A DNA stretch of 36,839 nt from positions 1 through 36,839 of the forward strand of contig CAZZBC010000002.1 of NCBI GenBank assembly GCA_964652175.1, in the 5' to 3' direction. Positions within the stretch are counted from its first letter, which is position 1, and the number at the start of each line of letters is the position of its first letter. Both the position numbers and the translations under genes were made by a program. Under the pieces are notes generated by a model. It was not told the origin of the DNA and made no database searches. It was given only the letters and a program-made list of their open reading frames with translations. This document shows positions 32,379 through 36,839 of the stretch, in pieces. The DNA comes from an uncultured Gammaproteobacteria bacterium (lineage in GTDB: Bacteria; Patescibacteriota; Patescibacteriia; Patescibacteriales; JAKAJF01).

Positions 32379-34052
32379 ATGTTTATGCAGTTAAATGAAT
32401 TAACAATTAAGCAAGCCGGAAAAACGTTGGAGAAAGGCGAAATTACTTCGGTGGAACTGACCAGAGCTTGTTTGGCGCGGATAAAAGAGATTAACGGAAA
32501 GTTGAATGCTTGTTTGACGGTTTGCGAGAAAGAGGCGCTGGAAGAGGCGAGAATGGCGGATAAGAGAAAGAAGATGACGGTTGCCCGCGAAGGGCGGGGG
32601 CGAGCCCTGCCCCTACTGGGGATACCGTATTTAGCGAAAGATAACATTTTGACACGCGGCGTTCGCGCGACAGCGGCGTCAAAAATTTTAGAAAATTATA
32701 TCGCCCCTTACGACGCGACAGTAATTAGTAAACTGCGGCAAGCCGGCGCCGTGTTACTGGGTAAAACTAATTTGGATGAATTCGGGCACGGCGCTTCCAC
32801 GGAAAATTCCGTCTTCGGCCCGACGCGCAATCCGCACGATTTGGAGCGCGTTGCCGGCGGTTCATCCGGCGGGTCGGCTGCGGCCGTGGCGGCGGATATG
32901 TGCGTATTCGCTTTGGGCACGGATACAGGAGGATCAACGAGGTATCCGGCCGGCTTTTGCGGCGTTGTCGGCCTGAAGCCGACTTACGGCCGGGCTTCGC
33001 GCTTCGGACTTATGGCTATGACCAGTTCAACCGACGTACCAGGCGTGATTGCTAAAAACGTCCAAGACGCGGAAATTGTGCTAAAGACGATTGAGGGGGT
33101 TGATAAATATGATGCCACGACAACCGTCATTCCCGCGGAAGCGGGAATCCAGAATTTGTCTAGCATATCACCGTCCTGGATCCCCGGGTCACCCGCCCGC
33201 CTTGCTTCGCCCGATTTTAACGGACAAACAGATTTTATCGCTCATGATTTTACTAACGGATTAAAGGTCATAAACGAGCAAGGCGAAGCGGGCGGGAGCC
33301 CGAGGATGACAAATAGTTTAAAGGGCGTGAAGATCGGCTTGCCAAAGGAATATTTTGTTGAAGGGATTATGCCGGAAGTAAAAGAAGCGATTGAAAAAGT
33401 GATTGCAAAATTCAAGGAACTCGGCGCGGAATTTATTGAAGTGAATTTGCCGCATACTAAATACGGCATCCCGGTTTATTATATTATTACTCCTTCGGAG
33501 ATTAGTTCCAATCTGGCGCGCTTTGATGGCATCAAGTACGGTTACAGCGAAATAGAAAAAGACAAAGACCGCGCGCATACGCTCATGAAGATTTATACCA
33601 AAAGCCGCGGCGTTGGGTTCGGGTCGGAAGCCAAAAGAAGAATTATGCTTGGAACCTACGCTCTGTCCGCCGGTTATTATGACGCTTATTATTTAAGGGC
33701 GCAAAGGGTGAGAACGATCATTAAAAGGGAAATGGACGAGGTTTTGGAAAAAGTAGACTGCCTTTTAACGCCGACTTCGCCGCATGTCGCCTTTAAAATA
33801 GGAACACAAAACAATGATCCATTAAAAAATTATTTGGAAGATATTTTTATGTCTCCGGCGTCGTTAGCGGGTCTGCCGGCGATGTCGGTTCCTTGCGGTT
33901 TTGCCAAGTCGCATAAAAGTGACAAGCATCTCAAGCATCTGCCGATCGGCATGCAGTTAATTGGCAAAAGGTTCGGAGAGGAAATATTATTTAAAGCGGG
34001 GCAAGCTTACGAGGAAGCGACGGAATTGCATAAGAGAAAACCGGGAATATGA
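32379..34052 (+). CDS. gatA: Glu/Asp-tRNA amidotransferase subunit A
   Basis: Amidase signature GGSSGGSAAAV. It lies downstream of gatC. I place the start at ATG 32379 (MFMQLNELTIKQA), because the 27 codons upstream in the track ORF are repeat-derived. It contains a 62-codon element at 33126-33311. Confidence 0.9.
   Translation: MFMQLNELTIKQAGKTLEKGEITSVELTRACLARIKEINGKLNACLTVCEKEALEEARMADKRKKMTVAREGRGRALPLLGIPYLAKDNILTRGVRATAASKILENYIAPYDATVISKLRQAGAVLLGKTNLDEFGHGASTENSVFGPTRNPHDLERVAGGSSGGSAAAVAADMCVFALGTDTGGSTRYPAGFCGVVGLKPTYGRASRFGLMAMTSSTDVPGVIAKNVQDAEIVLKTIEGVDKYDATTTVIPAEAGIQNLSSISPSWIPGSPARLASPDFNGQTDFIAHDFTNGLKVINEQGEAGGSPRMTNSLKGVKIGLPKEYFVEGIMPEVKEAIEKVIAKFKELGAEFIEVNLPHTKYGIPVYYIITPSEISSNLARFDGIKYGYSEIEKDKDRAHTLMKIYTKSRGVGFGSEAKRRIMLGTYALSAGYYDAYYLRAQRVRTIIKREMDEVLEKVDCLLTPTSPHVAFKIGTQNNDPLKNYLEDIFMSPASLAGLPAMSVPCGFAKSHKSDKHLKHLPIGMQLIGKRFGEEILFKAGQAYEEATELHKRKPGI
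33126..33311 (+). mobile_element. 186-nt nested palindromic/MITE insertion in frame inside gatA
   Basis: GTCATTCCCGCGGAAGCGGGAATCCAGAAT...CTGGATCCCCGGGTCACCCGCCCGCCTTGCTTCGCC...GGCGAAGCGGGCGGGAGCCCGAGGATGACAA. It is exactly 62 codons long. It lies between the conserved DKYDATT and VKIGLPKEYF blocks. Confidence 0.8.
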
Positions 34053-34996
34053 TAAAAATTAAGAAAAATATTTCTCTTGCTCCTTTTACCACTTTTAAAA
34101 TTGGAGGGCCGGCGGAATTTTTCATGGAAGTTGAAAAAAAAGAAGAATTGGAAGAGGCGATAAAGTGGGCGAAAGAAAATAAAAAACCTTTTTTTATTTT
34201 AGGCGGAGGAAGCAATGTGATAATCAGCGATAAGGGGATTCAAGGGCTGGTCATAAAAGTAAACAACAAAAAAGCGGTTGTTGAGGGTAAAAAGATTGAA
34301 TGCGGCGCCGGCGTTGAATTGGCCAAAATTGTGATATTGGCCAAAGAAAATAATTTAACCGGATTGGAGTGGGCAATAGGGATTCCCGGCACGGCAGGAG
34401 GGGCGGTGCGGGGAAATGCGGGAGCTTATGGCCATTCAATCGGAGAATTGGCGGAAACGGCAGAAATTTTTTTTATTGATAAAAACGGCAAGGGCGCGTT
34501 TAGGAAGATGAGCCGACAGGATTGTGAATTCAATTATAGGGAAAGCGTTTTTAAAAGAGGTGATTTTCAAGGATTGATCTGGCAAATTGTTTTGAAATTA
34601 AAAAATGGGAAATCAGATGAAATTAAACACCTTTTTGACGAATATTTAAAGCGCCGCCGCCAGACCCAGCCTAAATTATCCAGCGCCGGGTGCATTTTTA
34701 AGAATGTGAGTTTCGCGGATTTAAGCGAATGTAACGCGGATTTAGCCGATAAAGCGAAAGGGGAGGGGGCGGTAAAAGACGGCATGGTTGGCGCCGGCTG
34801 GATAATTGACTTTTTAGGATTAAAGGGTAAAACTATAGGCGGAGCGCAAATAAGTTTGGAGCACGCCAATTTTATTGTTAATGCGAGAAAAGCGAGCGCG
34901 GAAGACGTAATAACGCTGATTAGTTTTATAAAACAACAAGCGAGAGACAAATTAAAGGTGCAGTTGCGGGAAGAAATCCAATATCTGGGATTTTGA
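34049..34996 (+). CDS. murB: UDP-N-acetylenolpyruvoylglucosamine reductase
   Basis: The LAPFTTFKIGGPAEFF N-terminal motif, GGGSNVIISD and a C-terminal SLEHANFIVN motif are present. Its ATGA overlaps the gatA stop. Confidence 0.9.
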   Translation: MIKIKKNISLAPFTTFKIGGPAEFFMEVEKKEELEEAIKWAKENKKPFFILGGGSNVIISDKGIQGLVIKVNNKKAVVEGKKIECGAGVELAKIVILAKENNLTGLEWAIGIPGTAGGAVRGNAGAYGHSIGELAETAEIFFIDKNGKGAFRKMSRQDCEFNYRESVFKRGDFQGLIWQIVLKLKNGKSDEIKHLFDEYLKRRRQTQPKLSSAGCIFKNVSFADLSECNADLADKAKGEGAVKDGMVGAGWIIDFLGLKGKTIGGAQISLEHANFIVNARKASAEDVITLISFIKQQARDKLKVQLREEIQYLGF

Positions 34997-35011
34997 CCGC
35001 TAAAATAATTT

Positions 35012-35764
35012 ATGTATAATAAAAAAATTATTATTTTTGCCATAATCGGAATAATAAGCATTTTGGCGCTATCGGCTTGTTCTCTGAAAAAATCAATCGA
35101 TAAGGATAGCGATAAAACCGGAATAGCCGCCAATCAACCGGATACGGAAGAAGAAAAGATTAAAAGAGATAATGCTGACACAGTTAAAAACGCGCGAAAC
35201 GGCGCGGTTAAGAAAGTGAGGGCGGTTGATGACGCCGACCATGTCAGGGGAGACAAAAACGCGCCGGTTCAAATAATAATCTACAGCGATTTTGAATGCC
35301 CTTATTGCGCCAAGTTTACTCGGACGATTGAACAGGCGGCAGAAGAATTTAAGGAGAAAGTGGCGGTTGTCTACCGGCATTTTCCTTTAACTTTCCATAA
35401 GCGTGCTACATTGGCTGCGATTGCTTCCGAATGCGCTTCGGGGCAAGGAAAATTTTGGGAAATGCATGATAAAATTTTTGCCGATAATGTTGTCGGCCGT
35501 TTGAGCGCGGATCAACTTAAAAAAGATGCGGCTGATTTAGGCTTGGACGCCACCGAATTTAACCAATGTTTGGCCACGGAAAAATATAAAGAAAAAGTGG
35601 AGGCGCAGACGGTTGAGGGCAAAAGTGCCGGCATTATCGGCACGCCGACTAGTTTCGTAAACGGCGAGATAGTCATCGGCGCTTATCCAATGGATGATTT
35701 TACCGACAGCGCCGGCGTGGAGAGAAAAGGGTTGAGGAGTATTATTCAAAGATATTTAAAATAG
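35012..35764 (+). CDS. DsbA-family thiol:disulfide oxidoreductase lipoprotein
   Basis: Lipobox LALSAC and the thioredoxin active site FECPYC. The GTPTSFVNG motif contains the cis-Pro loop. Confidence 0.82.
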   Translation: MYNKKIIIFAIIGIISILALSACSLKKSIDKDSDKTGIAANQPDTEEEKIKRDNADTVKNARNGAVKKVRAVDDADHVRGDKNAPVQIIIYSDFECPYCAKFTRTIEQAAEEFKEKVAVVYRHFPLTFHKRATLAAIASECASGQGKFWEMHDKIFADNVVGRLSADQLKKDAADLGLDATEFNQCLATEKYKEKVEAQTVEGKSAGIIGTPTSFVNGEIVIGAYPMDDFTDSAGVERKGLRSIIQRYLK

Positions 35765-35765
35765 C

Positions 35766-35864
35766 TCCCACAAATCAACAAATCAATTCACGAATTCACA
35801 AATATAATAATTACAACTAATAAATATTTGTATATTTGTTGTTAGATTTGTAGATTTGTGGGAG
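35766..35864. mobile_element. Full-length CAAAT-family MITE-like element
   Basis: TCCCACAAATCAACAAATC...GATTTGTAGATTTGTGGGA are near-perfect terminal inverted repeats. It abuts the TAG stop of the DsbA-like gene. Confidence 0.75.
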
Positions 35865-35895
35865 GTATTGAAAATCTAAAATCTAAAATGTTTTA

Positions 35896-35985
35896 GGAAG
35901 GGTCGCCTAGTGGTCGATGGCGCCGCCTTGGAAAGGCGGTAGGGTGTAACAGCCCTCGAGGGTTCGACTCCCTCCCCTTCCGCCA
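35896..35985 (+). tRNA. tRNA-Ser (anticodon GGA) with long variable arm and encoded CCA
   Basis: Hand-folded. The acceptor stem is GGAAGGG/CCCTTCC, the anticodon stem CCGCC/GGCGG and the anticodon loop TTGGAAA. The variable arm is 18 nt, the T arm is GAGGG-TTCGACT-CCCTC, and the 3' end is GCCA. Confidence 0.9.
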
Positions 35986-35990
35986 ATACA

Positions 35991-36025
35991 AAAATTCGTC
36001 CCGCTATCGGCAGGACGAATTTTTT
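35991..36025. terminator. Bidirectional rho-independent terminator between tRNA-Ser and the convergent ZIP gene
   Basis: AAAATTCGTCC...GGACGAATTTT is an 11-bp stem with an A-tract on one side and a T-tract on the other. Confidence 0.75.
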
Positions 36026-36042
36026 CAGCTTTTGTTTTATAA

Positions 36043-36798
36043 TTAATCCATCATTCTTAACACCAGCATAATTCCCGCCCCCAGCATTATGCTCAACAAC
36101 TGCAACAAAGAGCGGGATGGCGCCGTGTCCTTATGCAACTCCGGAATGAGATCGGCGGTGGCGACATAAATGAAGCCGCCGGCGGTGAAAGGAATGATAA
36201 AGGAGACGAAGCTTGCTGTTTGAGCGCCAAAAAAAATGGCAATGGCCGCGCCGGCAACGGCGGTCAGGCCGGAAGCGAAATTTAAAAAGAGGGCTTTGCC
36301 GCGGCTGAAACCGGCATGGATAAAAACGCCGAAATCGCTTATCTCTTGCGGTATTTCGTGGGCGATAACGGCAATGGTGGTGGCAACACCCAAATTAATA
36401 TTTACCATAAACGAACCGGCGATAAGGGCGCCGTCAATAAAATTATGAAGTCCGTCGCCGACCAAATTCATTACGCCGAAAGGATGGTGATGGTCGTCCG
36501 AGGCCTGAATATGGCAATGGCGCCAGTAAATTATTTTTTCCAAAATAAAAAAAACCAACATTCCTCCCAGAACCCACACCCAGCCGTCAAAGTAGTTGTT
36601 TGAAGTTTTAATTTCCGGCAGGAGATGGAAAAAGCTGTCGCCTAACAGCGTGCCGGCCGACAGGCCGACCAGCAAAAAAGTGATTTTTTTCAGATTTTCC
36701 TGATTAGCTAGAAAAGCGAACGCGCCGACAAAAGAGATTAAGGAAACAATAATGACGCTGGCGAGAGTGTAAAAATATATAATTGCCATAGAACTCAT
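36043..36798 (-). CDS. ZIP-family divalent metal transporter (ZupT-like)
   Basis: 251-aa polytopic protein with HEIPQEISDFGV (HExPxExGD) and a His-rich loop DDHHHP. Confidence 0.85.
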   Translation of the reverse strand: MSSMAIIYFYTLASVIIVSLISFVGAFAFLANQENLKKITFLLVGLSAGTLLGDSFFHLLPEIKTSNNYFDGWVWVLGGMLVFFILEKIIYWRHCHIQASDDHHHPFGVMNLVGDGLHNFIDGALIAGSFMVNINLGVATTIAVIAHEIPQEISDFGVFIHAGFSRGKALFLNFASGLTAVAGAAIAIFFGAQTASFVSFIIPFTAGGFIYVATADLIPELHKDTAPSRSLLQLLSIMLGAGIMLVLRMMD

Positions 36799-36839
36799 AT
36801 AGAGTTTTTCTTAAAATAGTGCTAATATAAAAGTGAATA

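Noticed and set aside
32575-32620. A further small hairpin insertion in gatA (GCCCGCGAAGGGCGGGGGCGAGCCCTGCCCC, translated AREGRGRALP).
   Set aside because: GatA proteins normally have a variable segment of similar length before the LLGIP.A.KDN motif. I cannot distinguish an insertion from native sequence without an alignment.

Overview
This is a 36.8-kb block with every gene on the + strand except the last. By gene content and repeat style it reads like a small-genome, CPR/Patescibacteria-type bacterium; that assignment is inference. The genetic code appears standard: genes end in TGA and an unframeshifted RF2 is present.

Core genes:
- ybeY-dgkA-ftsA-ftsZ
- nrdR-nrdD-nrdG (anaerobic class III ribonucleotide reductase)
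- a Nudix hydrolase, prfB and comEC
- ligA, gatC-gatA-murB and a DsbA-like lipoprotein
- tRNA-Ser(GGA) and a convergent ZIP metal transporter

An accessory surface locus lies between comEC and ligA (about 12.2-29.5 kb). It contains:
- a major pilin-like gene, followed by a Wzy_C/O-antigen-ligase+TPR protein and prepilin peptidase PilD
- a run of four or five prepilin-like (minor pilin) genes
- two signal-anchored tail-fibre-like proteins, one ending in a phage-type S74 intramolecular-chaperone domain
- Cys-rich secreted proteins and a GW-repeat/FN3/PKD surface protein
- an S26 signal-peptidase-like gene

This locus is interrupted by a low-GC islet carrying a DUF4143-type AAA ATPase and an MNT/HEPN toxin-antitoxin pair.

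The most unusual signals:
1. nrdD is split by a short inverted-repeat element. The essential glycyl-radical domain is therefore a separate 46-codon ORF (8551-8691) that is absent from the supplied ORF track.
2. Several families of short palindromic/MITE-like elements saturate the window. Many sit in frame inside essential genes (gatA, ligA, nrdG, ybeY, pilD, the Wzy_C gene), and some supply start, stop or SD sequences.

No CRISPR array, rRNA gene, transposase, integrase or reverse transcriptase was seen.
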